DNA of 64,000 nucleotides from an uncultured Actinomycetes bacterium (GTDB lineage: Bacteria; Actinomycetota; Thermoleophilia; Gaiellales; JAICJC01), in the NCBI GenBank assembly GCA_963805545.1, contig CAWDUU010000009.1, positions 321,741 to 385,740 on the forward strand, read 5' to 3'. Position numbers and translations under genes: made by a program. This document shows positions 38,428 through 46,958 of this stretch, piece after piece. The notes beneath the pieces are model-generated. The model did not search any database, had not been told where the DNA came from, and was given only the letters and a program-made list of their open reading frames with translations. Position 1 is the stretch's first letter, and each line of letters opens with the position of its first letter.

Positions 38428-38883
38428 ATGTCCACCATCGTCGTAGCCACTGATGGATCGCCGGCCGCGCGGGCGGCCGTGGAGCGAGCGGTCACCGAGG
38501 CGCGCGCGTCGAAGGCCACGGTCGAGCTCGTGAGCGCCTGGTCGACTCCGGTCAACGGCGCGCTGGGCGCGCCCACGTACATGTCCGAGGACGTCTTCTA
38601 TGCAACCCGCGACGCCATGGCCGAGCTCCTCGCCGCTGCGAAGGCCCACGTCGCCGAGGCGGGCATCGAGGCCGAGACGCACCTCGTCGCGGGCGACCCG
38701 GCCGCGGAGATCTGCCGGCTCGCAGAGGCGCGGCGCGCAGACTTGATCATCATGGGCTCGCGTGGACACGGCCCGCTGGCCGCGGCGTTTCTGGGCAGCG
38801 TCACCGCCCACGTGGTGCAGCATGCGCGTTGCCCGGTGATGGTCGTCCCGGATCCGGAGCGCGCGGCCCGTCACGCGGCCTGA
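38428..38883 (+). CDS. Universal stress protein (UspA family)
   Basis: 151-aa ORF with GGAGGAG upstream. It has 'IVVATDGSPAA', 'DLIIMGSRGHGPLAAAFLGSVTAHVVQHARCPVMVV'. Confidence 0.9.
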   Translation: MSTIVVATDGSPAARAAVERAVTEARASKATVELVSAWSTPVNGALGAPTYMSEDVFYATRDAMAELLAAAKAHVAEAGIEAETHLVAGDPAAEICRLAEARRADLIIMGSRGHGPLAAAFLGSVTAHVVQHARCPVMVVPDPERAARHAA

Positions 38884-38979
38884 TCCGCGCGACCGCCGGC
38901 CAGGCGCCTGAGGCCGGGCCGCCCGCACCCGCTACCCTCCGGGGAGTCGGAGGCGGGAGGTCTGGGCATTTCCCGAGGC

Positions 38980-39396
38980 ATGCGAAGGATGATCCTCGCG
39001 GTCGCCGTCGTGGCGGCGTCCGGGTGCGGCGGAGGCGGAGCGGCCGCCTCGCCACGGCTGCCGCATGCGCTGGGAACCCAGCTGGCAGCCCAGGCAGAGG
39101 CCGTCGCGGCCAGCCTTGGACGCGGGGACGAGTGTGGCGCGGCGGGTGAGGCGAAACGCCTCCAGCAGATGGTCGCCCAGGCAGTGGCGGCCGGCCGGGT
39201 GCCGGCGGGCTTGCGGCAGCCGCTCTCGAGCTCGGCCGGCGCGCTTGCGGGCGAGATCGCCTGCACCCCCGCACCGCCCGCCGGAGGTCCGCCCGGCCAG
39301 GATGGCCCGGCCAAGGACAAGGGCAACGACAAGGGTCACGGTCCCGGCCACGGGAACGGCAAGGGCCACGACCACGGCGGCGGAGGCAAGGATTAG
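38980..39396 (+). CDS. Lipoprotein with C-terminal His/Gly/Lys-rich tail
   Basis: It has the lipobox 'MRRMILAVAVVAASGC|GGGG'. The tail is 'KDKGNDKGHGPGHGNGKGHDHGGGGKD'. Confidence 0.6.
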   Translation: MRRMILAVAVVAASGCGGGGAAASPRLPHALGTQLAAQAEAVAASLGRGDECGAAGEAKRLQQMVAQAVAAGRVPAGLRQPLSSSAGALAGEIACTPAPPAGGPPGQDGPAKDKGNDKGHGPGHGNGKGHDHGGGGKD

Positions 39397-40465
39397 CGCA
39401 CGCACGGCACTGGGGCGGTTCCGCGTCGACGGCACGCTCGGACGGGGCGGGATGGCCGTGGTCTACATGGCCTTCGACACGGAGCTCCACCGGCCGGTGG
39501 CGGTCAAGGTGCTGGCCGACCACGGCATCGAGGACGGCGCGTTCCGGGCCCGGTTCGCACGCGAGGCGCGGAGCGCCGCCCGGCTCAGCCACCCGAACAT
39601 CGTGCAGGTGTTCGACATCGGCGAGGACGGCGGCCGGCCGTTCATCGTCATGGAGTACGTGGAGGGCGAGACGCTGGCCGACATCCTCCACCGCGAGCGG
39701 CACCTGGGGCCCGAGCGGGTGGCGGAGATCGCCCGCCAGTGCTGCGCCGGCCTGGCGTGCGCCCACGCGGCCGGGCTCGTCCACCGTGACATCAAGCCGC
39801 ACAACCTGCTCGTCACTCCCGATGAGACGATCAAGATCGCCGACTTCGGCATCGCCCACGCGCTCGACCAGACGCGGCTCACGCTGACCGGAAGCATCGT
39901 CGGCACGGCGCGCTACCTGGCTCCCGAGCAGACCGACGGCAGGGCCGTCACCACCGCCGCTGACGTCTACGCGCTCGGCGTCGTCATGTACGAGCTCCTC
40001 ACCGGCCGCCCGCCGCACCCGGGCGACTCGCTGCCCGAGCTCGTGGCGGCGAAGCGCACGAAGGCCGTGAAGCCGCCGCGGGCGCTGCGGCGCGAGATAC
40101 CGGTCGAGCTCGACGCGGCGGTGCTGGCCTGCCTCGATCGCGAGCCCGGGGCCCGGCCGACGGCCGCGGCGCTCGCCGAGCGCCTGGCGGGCGGCCCGGC
40201 CGCGGTGCTCCCGAGCGACGCGGACACGGCCCGCACCACGGTGCACGCGGGCTCGTCCCGGCGCACGTTCCGGGCCCGGCGGCGGCGGGGCCGGGTGGCC
40301 GCCGGAGCGAGCGTGCTCGCGGCCGCGGCCGTCGTGGCGCTGCTCGCGGGGTCGCTCGGCGGCGGCTCCTCGCCGCGTCCGCACCCGGTCCGGACGCCGT
40401 CGGGATCGACGCCGGGCGAGCACGCGCACAACCTGGCCCACTGGATCCGCGGCCACACCGGCTGA
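39302..40465 (+). CDS. Hanks-type Ser/Thr protein kinase with C-terminal TM anchor
   Basis: It has 'LGRGGMAVVYMA…VAVKVL', 'HRDIKPHNLL', 'DFGIA' and 'GTARYLAPEQ', then a Pro/Arg-rich linker and the TM segment 'VAAGASVLAAAAVVALLAG'. The start is uncertain. The first ATG in frame (39302) overlaps the lipoprotein gene by 95 nt. Confidence 0.85.
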   Translation: MARPRTRATTRVTVPATGTARATTTAAEARISARTALGRFRVDGTLGRGGMAVVYMAFDTELHRPVAVKVLADHGIEDGAFRARFAREARSAARLSHPNIVQVFDIGEDGGRPFIVMEYVEGETLADILHRERHLGPERVAEIARQCCAGLACAHAAGLVHRDIKPHNLLVTPDETIKIADFGIAHALDQTRLTLTGSIVGTARYLAPEQTDGRAVTTAADVYALGVVMYELLTGRPPHPGDSLPELVAAKRTKAVKPPRALRREIPVELDAAVLACLDREPGARPTAAALAERLAGGPAAVLPSDADTARTTVHAGSSRRTFRARRRRGRVAAGASVLAAAAVVALLAGSLGGGSSPRPHPVRTPSGSTPGEHAHNLAHWIRGHTG

Positions 40466-40489
40466 CGCCGCGGACGCGCCAACCGGCGC

Positions 40490-40509
40490 TCCGGCCGCTT
40501 TCGGCCGGA
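40490..40509 (+). terminator. GC hairpin after the kinase gene (terminator candidate)
   Basis: A perfect 8-bp stem TCCGGCCG/CGGCCGGA has the CTTT tetraloop and lies 25 nt after the kinase TGA. There is no clear U-tract. Confidence 0.35.
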
Positions 40510-40614
40510 TCCCCTTTCCGCGGCATGCGCGGATCCCCTCGATGACCGATGTTGAGAGGTGATCCGCTGCCCGAGCGGACAACGTGCTCCCCTTCCCCCC
40601 AAGAGGATCTCACA

Positions 40615-41100
40615 ATGACGCGTACTCATCTGTCGCGCCTCGGCGCGGTCGCCGTGACCGGGCTCCTGGTCGCCGGCGTCGCCGCCTACGGCGCATGGTC
40701 CGTGAGCGGCAGCGGCACCGGAGCGGCCTCCGCCGCGACGGCCGCGAATCTCACCCTCTCGCCCGGCACGCCGGCGAGCGCGCTCTACCCCAGCGGCACC
40801 GCCGACGTGGCGACCACCATCGCCAATGACAACCCCTTCCCGGTGCACCTGTCCGCGATCTCACTGGACGCAGGTCAGGGAACGGACGGCTTTGCCGAGG
40901 ACGCCGGCCACAGCGGCTGCGACCTGAGCACGCTCTCGTTCGATGCCCAGACGAACGGCGGCTCCGGCTGGGACGTTCCGGCGAACGACACCCTCGACGT
41001 CGATCTCGACGACGCCATCGCCATGAGCGGAGCCGCCGACGACGCCTGCCAGGGCGCCTCGTTCACGCTCTACCTGACCGCGACCGCCGCGAGCAGCTAG
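40615..41100 (+). CDS. Small secreted TasA/camelysin-like protein (paralogue 1)
   Basis: The ATG follows AAGAGGA. The N-terminal anchor/signal is 'LGAVAVTGLLVAGVAAYGAWSVSGSGTGAASA'. The body has 'ALYPSGTADVATTIANDNPFPV'. The C-terminal part has '…HSGC…DDACQGASFTLYLTATA'. Confidence 0.6.
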   Translation: MTRTHLSRLGAVAVTGLLVAGVAAYGAWSVSGSGTGAASAATAANLTLSPGTPASALYPSGTADVATTIANDNPFPVHLSAISLDAGQGTDGFAEDAGHSGCDLSTLSFDAQTNGGSGWDVPANDTLDVDLDDAIAMSGAADDACQGASFTLYLTATAASS

Positions 41101-41110
41101 GCCTGACGCC

Positions 41111-43370
41111 GTGCTTCCGGCCCGCCTGAGGGGCGTGGCCCGCCCCCGATTCCTCGTCGCCGTCGCCGTGGCCCTCGTGGCCGCGGCGACGCCGGCGGTG
41201 GCATCGTGGACCGTTCCCGCGAGCGGGAGCGGCGGGGCCCAGGCCAGCCCCGACTTCCACGCCCCGAGCGTGAACAGCGCGACGATCGCCCCTGCCGGCA
41301 TGACTGCGGCGGGCGGCGGCGTGCGGGCGGGCGGCCAGTTCGTCGTCTACGCGAACGTCACCGACCCGGGCGGGACGGGCGTCGCGTCGGCGAGTGCCGA
41401 TGTGTCGGGCATCGCGGCCGGTGCGGCCGCGGTGGCACTGAGCCCGTGCGTGTCCTCGTGCACGATCGGGTCGACGACGTACACCTGGTCGAGTTCGCCG
41501 ATCCCGGCCGACGCGGACCTGACCGAGGGCGCGAAGTCGTTCTCGGTGTGGGGCACCGACAATGCGTCGAACACGGGGTCGCCGAAGGCCTTCTCGGTCA
41601 CGGCCGACAACACCGACCCGACCGCGTCGGCGGCCGTCGTCGTCGCCTCGGCCACCTCCGGCGTGGGCGTCGTCCGTGAAGGCGGCACCTACGCCGTCTA
41701 CGCGTCGGCGTCCGACGCGGGCTCCCCGGCCACCGGGATCGCCGCCGTGACCGCCGACGTGAGCGCGCTCAACGCCGGCCTCGCCGCCCTGGCGCTCCCC
41801 AAGTGCACCAGCAGCTGCAAGGTCGGAGGCGTCACCTACGGCTACAAGAGCGCTGTGACGACGGCCGACTCCTCCGTCTCCGAGGGCGCATTCTCGTTCA
41901 CGGCGACGGCGACCGACAAGGCGGGCAACACGGGATCGTTCACGGCGGCCGGGACCGTCGACGACACCGCCCCGACCGTGAGCGCCGCCCAGATCGTGTC
42001 GTCGAGCACGCCCGGCTTCGTAAGGCCGGGGGGCACGTACATCGTGTACGCCGCCGTCTCCGACGACGGTTCGCCCGCGAGCGGCATCGCGTCGGTCAAG
42101 GCGGACGTCAGCGCGCTGACCGCGGGCCAGACGGCGCTGTCACTGAGCGCGTGCAGCTCGGGCTGCACGGTCGCCGGCGTCACCTACGGGTACAAGAGCA
42201 CGAGCAAGACCGCGGACGCGCTCGGCCCGGGCCAGGTCGGCTTCACGGTCACGGCCACGGACAAGGCCTCCGGAACGGTGACGGCCACGTCGTCCGCGAC
42301 GGTCGACGACGCCGCGCCGGTGGTGACCGAGGTCGCGGTCGCGACGACGACCACCGGCGTCCCGGGATGGCTGCGCAAGAGCGGCGCCTACAACGTGTAC
42401 GCCAACGCGACCGACGCTGGAAGCGGCGTCTCCACGGTGAAGGCAAACGTCTCGTCGATCACGAGCGGCCAGACGGCGCTCACGCTCTCGGCCTGCACCA
42501 CGGGCTGTACGGTCGGCGGAGTCACCTACGCGTACAAGAGCGGCAACAAGACGGCGGCGTCGACGATCGCAGCCGGCCCCGCCGCGTTCACGGTCACGGC
42601 GACCGACAGGGTCGGCAATGCCTCGACCGCCGCGGGCGGCGCCACCGTCGACAACACCGCTCCGCTGATCTCGGCGGCGGCGATCGCGACCGTGGCCACC
42701 GGCGTGCCGGGCTACGTCGGCCAGGGCCGCGACTACGTCGTCTACGGCGACGCGGACGACGCCGAGAGCGGCATCCTCAAGCTGACCGGGAAGGTGAGCA
42801 GCCTGACCACCGGCCAGACCGCAATTCCGCTGGCCGCCTGCTCGCCGGCGTGCACGGCGGGCGGCGTCTCGCACGGGTACGCGAGCGCGACGACCACGGT
42901 CAAGGCCACGCTCAGCGCGGGCTCGAAGACGTACACGCTCACCGCGACCGATCTCGCCGGGAACACCAAGACGACCACCAACCAGACGGTCGTCGTCGAC
43001 AACACCGCGCCGGCCGTCTCCATCTCGTTCCCCACGGCCGGCTACGCCGGCGGCTGGGCGGCCGGATGCTCGACGGCGGGCGTCGACGACGTCTGCGGCA
43101 CGGCGACCGACGCGAGCGCCGGGGTGGCGAAGGTGCAGGTGAGCTTCCGCCAGGCGGGCGCGCCGAGCCTGTACTGGGATCCGCTCCCCGCCACGTTCTC
43201 GTCGGCGGGCGAGGTGCTCGCAGACGCGACGCCCGCGCTGCCGGCGTGGTCGTTCCCGATGGCAGGAATCGGCCTTCGCGAACGGCGCGGCATACACGCT
43301 CAGGGCGCTCGTCACCGACGCCGCCGGGAACACCGCCACGACGTCCACGACCTTCACGTTCTCGCCCTAG
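41111..43370 (+). pseudogene. Large secreted protein: TasA-type N-terminal motif, five tandem Ig-like modules and a distinct C-terminal Ig-like domain; +1 frame break near 43260-43272
   Basis: The GTG start is 10 nt after the upstream stop. The N-terminus is 'FLVAVAVALVAAATPAVASWTVPASGSGGAQAS'. Modules are delimited by 'D(N/D)TAP'. The last 32 aa ('AFANGAAYTLRALVTDAAGNTATTSTTFTFSP*') lie in the +1 frame and end at TAG 43368-43370. Confidence 0.7.
41252..42997 (+). repeat. Five tandem coding repeats of ~345-354 bp (115-118 aa Ig-like modules)
   Basis: Module starts are at about 41252, 41606, 41960, 42305 and 42650. Each contains 'G.Y.VYA…D.GS…V.A.VS…G…L..C(x3)C.VGGVTY.YKS…F.VTATD..GN'. Confidence 0.8.
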
Positions 43371-43372
43371 CC

Positions 43373-43814
43373 ATGCGCCTCCTTGCTCCCATCCTGGCCC
43401 TCGTCGCCGCTTCGGCCGCCGCCGCGGCGGTGACGCATGCCCGCCAGCCGGCGCCGCGCGGCGACGCGGAGCTCGTCGCGTCGGTCAAGAAGCGGTTCGG
43501 GATCGCCTCCGTCCCCGTGACGGGGCTCTATCCCGGCGCGACCCGCGCGCTCACGGTCAAGGTCGAAGAACGTCTACGCGTTCCCGATCAAGGTGGGGCC
43601 GGTCAAGGCGAAGGTGAAGTCGAGCAACCGCCAGGGCTGCACCGGCGCCGCCGCCAACCTCGCCGTGGCCTCCGCGGGTACCCGCAGCCTTCCGATCCGG
43701 GCGCACAGGACGAAGACCGTCGTGCTCCGGGTGACCATGCCGCGCACCGTCGCGAACGCCTGCCAGGGAGCGAGGTTCTCGCTCTCGTTCAGCGCCCGCG
43801 CGACGCGGGGCTAG
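43373..43814 (+). pseudogene. Small secreted TasA/camelysin-like protein (paralogue 2) with a +1 frame break near 43562-43568
   Basis: The ATG is 2 nt after the upstream TAG. It has the signal 'MRLLAPILALVAASAAAAAV'. '…GLYPGATRALTVKV' is in frame 43373, and 'KNVYAFPIKVGPVKAKV…RQGC…ANACQGARFSLSFSARATRG*' is in frame 43593. Confidence 0.6.
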
Positions 43815-44572
43815 CGGGGGCGCAGCGCGGCGACGCCGTCGCGGAGCGCGCGCTCGAAGACCCAGACGTCGGCGAAGGCCAGGAGCTGGAACCCCTGGTC
43901 GGCCGCCGCGGCGCCGGCCTCGGCCGACGCGACCAGCTGACCGAGCGGCGTGTCGTGCCGGCGGCACGCGTCCAGGAGCCGGTCGACCGCCTCGAGATAG
44001 CGGGGGTGCTCGAGCTCGCCCGGACAGCCGAGCGACAGCGACAGGTCGAACTGACCAACCCAGGCGGCGTCGATGCCGGGCACCGCGAGGATCTCGTCGG
44101 CGTGCTCGACCCCGGCCGCCGACTCGATCTGGGCGACCACGACGGTGTCGCGGTTGGCGCGCTCGGCCGCCGCCGCCGGCCCGGCGGTCAGCTCGTCGGA
44201 CATGATCACGCCGAAGCCGCGCCTGCCGAGCGGCGGGTAGCGGGCCGACTCGACCAGGAGCCGGGCCTCGTCCGCCGACTCCACCATCGGCGCCATGACG
44301 CCGCGCGACCCGGCGTCGAGCGCGGTCGCCACCAGCGGATACTGGGCCCTGACCACGCGCGTCACCGTGTGGATGCCCGTGTCTCTCCCCGCGGCCAGCA
44401 CCCGCCGCAGCGACCCGGCGTCCCAGGCGGTGTGCTCGAGGTCGAAGAGCGCGAAGTCGACGCCGGCCGCCGCCAGGATCCGCATCACCCGCGGCGTGTC
44501 GAACTCGAAGAGCATGCAGCCCACGGCCACGCCGCGCTCGGCGATGGCTCGGAAGATGGCGTTCTCGGTCAT
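43811..44572 (-). CDS. HpcH/HpaI-family aldolase (2-keto-3-deoxy-acid aldolase)
   Basis: 253-aa ORF with 'VGCMLFEFDTPRVMRILAAAGVDFALFDLEHTAW', 'VTRVV…', 'APMVESADEARLLV' and 'VVVAQIESAAGV'. Confidence 0.85.
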   Translation of the reverse strand: MTENAIFRAIAERGVAVGCMLFEFDTPRVMRILAAAGVDFALFDLEHTAWDAGSLRRVLAAGRDTGIHTVTRVVRAQYPLVATALDAGSRGVMAPMVESADEARLLVESARYPPLGRRGFGVIMSDELTAGPAAAAERANRDTVVVAQIESAAGVEHADEILAVPGIDAAWVGQFDLSLSLGCPGELEHPRYLEAVDRLLDACRRHDTPLGQLVASAEAGAAAADQGFQLLAFADVWVFERALRDGVAALRPR

Positions 44573-44597
44573 GAGCGGCGGCCTATCCTAGGTCGCG

Positions 44598-45175
44598 ATG
44601 CCCGGCTCTCGTCACGGTCCGCCAGGCGGTCGGCGGAGGACGCCGAGGCGATCGCGCGCGTCCAGGTCGAGACGTGGCGCGCTGCCTACAGCGGCAGCGT
44701 CCCGGACGCGTTCCTCGACGAGATCGACGTGGCCGAGCGGGCCGCGCGCTGGCGGCAGGGCATCGGCGATCCGCGGGCCGCATGCACGTGGGTCGCCGAG
44801 GCCGGCGGGAAGGTGGTCGGGTTCGTGGCGTTCGGGCCGTGCTCGTGACGATGATGCCGCCGTCGCCGTTGGCGAGCTCTACGCGATCTACGTCCTCGCC
44901 GACCGGTGGCGCGGCGGGATCGGGACGGCGCTCCACGACGTCTGCATGCGCGAGCTCCGCGGATGCGGCTTCGAGGAGGCGACGCTGTGGACGCTCGACG
45001 CCAACCCGGCGGCGAAGGCGTTCTACGAGGCGCTGGGCTGGGAGGCGGACGGCGCCACGGCGCCGCACGACTTCGCCGGCACCGTGCTGCCGGTCGTCCG
45101 CTACCGGCGGCCGCTCGCGGACTGCAGGCCCAGCGGGGTCAGACCCCGGCCGGCCCGCCTACCATGGAGCGGTGA
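44598..45175 (+). pseudogene. GNAT-family N-acetyltransferase disrupted by at least three single-base insertions
   Basis: Removing one base at about 44604, 44632 and 44840 gives 'MPALVTVRQAVAEDAEAIARVQVETWRAAYSGSVPDAFLDEI…WVAEAGGKVVGFVAFGPARDDDAAVAVGELYAIYVLADRWRGGIGTALHD…ANPAAKAFYEALGWEADG'. The 3' end is unresolved. A TGA at 45173-45175 overlaps the next gene's GTG but lies in another frame. Confidence 0.7.
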
Positions 45176-46095
45176 CGGCTTCCGACCAGCCGCTGATCGA
45201 GGCCGCGGGGGTGACCAAGCGGTTCGGCCACGTGACGGCGCTCGACGGGGTGACGGCCGACGTCACCAGCCCGGCGCTCGGGCTGCTCGGCGCCAACGGC
45301 GCCGGCAAGTCGACGTTCATGAAGGCCATGCTCGGGCTCGTGAAGCCGGACTCGGGCCGGGTGCGCGTGCTCGGGATGGACGCCGCCCACCAGGCCCGCG
45401 AGATCCGCCGCCTCCTCGGCTACATGCCCGAGAACATGTGCCTGCCGATGGGCATGACGGCGCGCGACTTCATCGTCCACATGGGCGAGCTCCGCGGGCT
45501 GCCGCGCCGGATCGCGGTGCTGCGCGCGTCGGAGGTGCTCTTCCAGGTGGGCCTCGAGGAGGAGCGATCGCGGCTCATCCGCACGTTCTCGATCGGCATG
45601 AAGCAGCGCACGAACCTCGCCCAGGCGATCGTGCACTCGCCCAGCATGGTCATCCTCGACGAGCCGACGAACGGCCTTGACCCGTCCGGGCGCGAGGAGA
45701 TGCTGGCGCTCGTCCGGCGGCTGTCGGCGGAGCTCGGGATCGCGGTCATCATGTCGTCGCACGTGCTCGAGGACATCGTGCGGACGTGTGATGCGGTAAT
45801 CGTGCTGCGCGCGGGCCGCGTCGCCGCGAGCCGCGACCTGGCCGGCGCCGCCGCCGCCAGCGAGCGGGAGGCGCGGGTGGTCGTCTCGGGTGACCCGGCC
45901 GCGTTCGCGGCGCACCTCCAGGCGGCCGGCGTCTCGGCCGCGGTGCGCGACGACCACGTGCTGGTGTCGGGCCCCGACGCCGACACGATGCTGCGAGCGG
46001 TGCGCGACGCCGCAGCCGACACCGACGCCGGCCTGCGCGAGCTGCGTCCGGCCGGCCCGACGCTCGAGGACGCGCTGATCGGAGACCTGACGTGA
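45172..46095 (+). CDS. ABC transporter ATP-binding protein (ABC-2 subfamily), copy 1
   Basis: GTG start. It has Walker A 'GANGAGKST', signature-like 'FSIGMKQRTNLAQA' and Walker B 'VILDEPTNGLD', plus a ~90-aa C-terminal extension. Confidence 0.9.
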   Translation: MTASDQPLIEAAGVTKRFGHVTALDGVTADVTSPALGLLGANGAGKSTFMKAMLGLVKPDSGRVRVLGMDAAHQAREIRRLLGYMPENMCLPMGMTARDFIVHMGELRGLPRRIAVLRASEVLFQVGLEEERSRLIRTFSIGMKQRTNLAQAIVHSPSMVILDEPTNGLDPSGREEMLALVRRLSAELGIAVIMSSHVLEDIVRTCDAVIVLRAGRVAASRDLAGAAAASEREARVVVSGDPAAFAAHLQAAGVSAAVRDDHVLVSGPDADTMLRAVRDAAADTDAGLRELRPAGPTLEDALIGDLT

Positions 46096-46958
46096 TCGAG
46101 GCACGCGTCCACGACGTCCGCTTCCACCGCTACGACGGCGAGCGCAGCGGCCGGCTCGCGGCGTTGTGGTCGATGACACGCTGGAGCGCGCTTCGGGCGC
46201 TCGGCGCCAAGCGCGGCTGGAAGGCGAAGGTCATCCCGATCGCGCTCACCCTGATCGCCTTCTTCCCGGTGCTCATCGTGCTCGGCCTGCGGGCGCTCTT
46301 CGCGTCGAGCATCAACGACAACCTCGCCACGGTGCTGCCCTACAGCGACTACGCCGGGATCGTGGGGATTGTCATCCTTGTGTTCGCGGTCGTCGTCACG
46401 CCCGAGCTGCTCTGCCCCGACCGCCGCGACGGAACGCTCGCGCTCTATTTCGCGACGGCGATCAGCCGCACCGACTACGTGATCGGGAAGGTGCTCGCGG
46501 CCCTGCTGCCGCTCATGCTCGTGACCGTGCTCCCGGTGGTGATCCTCTACGCCGGGAACGTGCTGTTCGCGACCCACCCGCTCGGCTACGTCCAGGATCA
46601 CCTCCATGACATCCCCCGCATCGTCGGCGCGGGAACCGCCATGGCGCTCTACTTCGCGTTCGTCGGGCTTGCGATCTCGTCGCTCACAGGACGCCGGCCC
46701 TTCGCCATCGGGGGCTACCTGGCCTTCCTGATCGTGCCGACGATCGTGGGCGGCATCCTCTCCAACAACATCGAGCACGGCGACAACTTCCGCCTGATCG
46801 CGTTCGCCGCCGTCCCGATCCACACCGCTGAGGCCCTGTACCCGGTCACACCCGACCCGGGCGATCCGTCGAACACCGCGTGGGTCGTGACGTGGGCCGC
46901 GCTGATCGCCGTCTCGGCGCTCGTGCTCGCCTGGCGGTTCCGGGGGGATGAGTCGTGA
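46092..46958 (+). CDS. ABC-2-type transporter permease, copy 1
   Basis: 288-aa ORF. The GTG overlaps the upstream TGA. It has about 6 TM segments. Confidence 0.8.
   Translation: MIEARVHDVRFHRYDGERSGRLAALWSMTRWSALRALGAKRGWKAKVIPIALTLIAFFPVLIVLGLRALFASSINDNLATVLPYSDYAGIVGIVILVFAVVVTPELLCPDRRDGTLALYFATAISRTDYVIGKVLAALLPLMLVTVLPVVILYAGNVLFATHPLGYVQDHLHDIPRIVGAGTAMALYFAFVGLAISSLTGRRPFAIGGYLAFLIVPTIVGGILSNNIEHGDNFRLIAFAAVPIHTAEALYPVTPDPGDPSNTAWVVTWAALIAVSALVLAWRFRGDES

Noticed and set aside
43809-43816. Convergent genes whose stop codons overlap inside the palindrome GCTAGC (TAG on both strands).
   Set aside because: This is a neat coincidence of a 6-bp palindrome containing TAG on both strands. 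I see no evidence of function beyond tight packing.
41111-44848. An apparent 1245-aa single ORF spanning the Ig-repeat gene, the third operon gene, the antisense strand of the aldolase gene and part of the GNAT.
   Set aside because: The recognisable protein leaves this frame at about 43270 and terminates at TAG 43370 in the +1 frame. The remainder is read-through of other genes' frames, not one giant protein.
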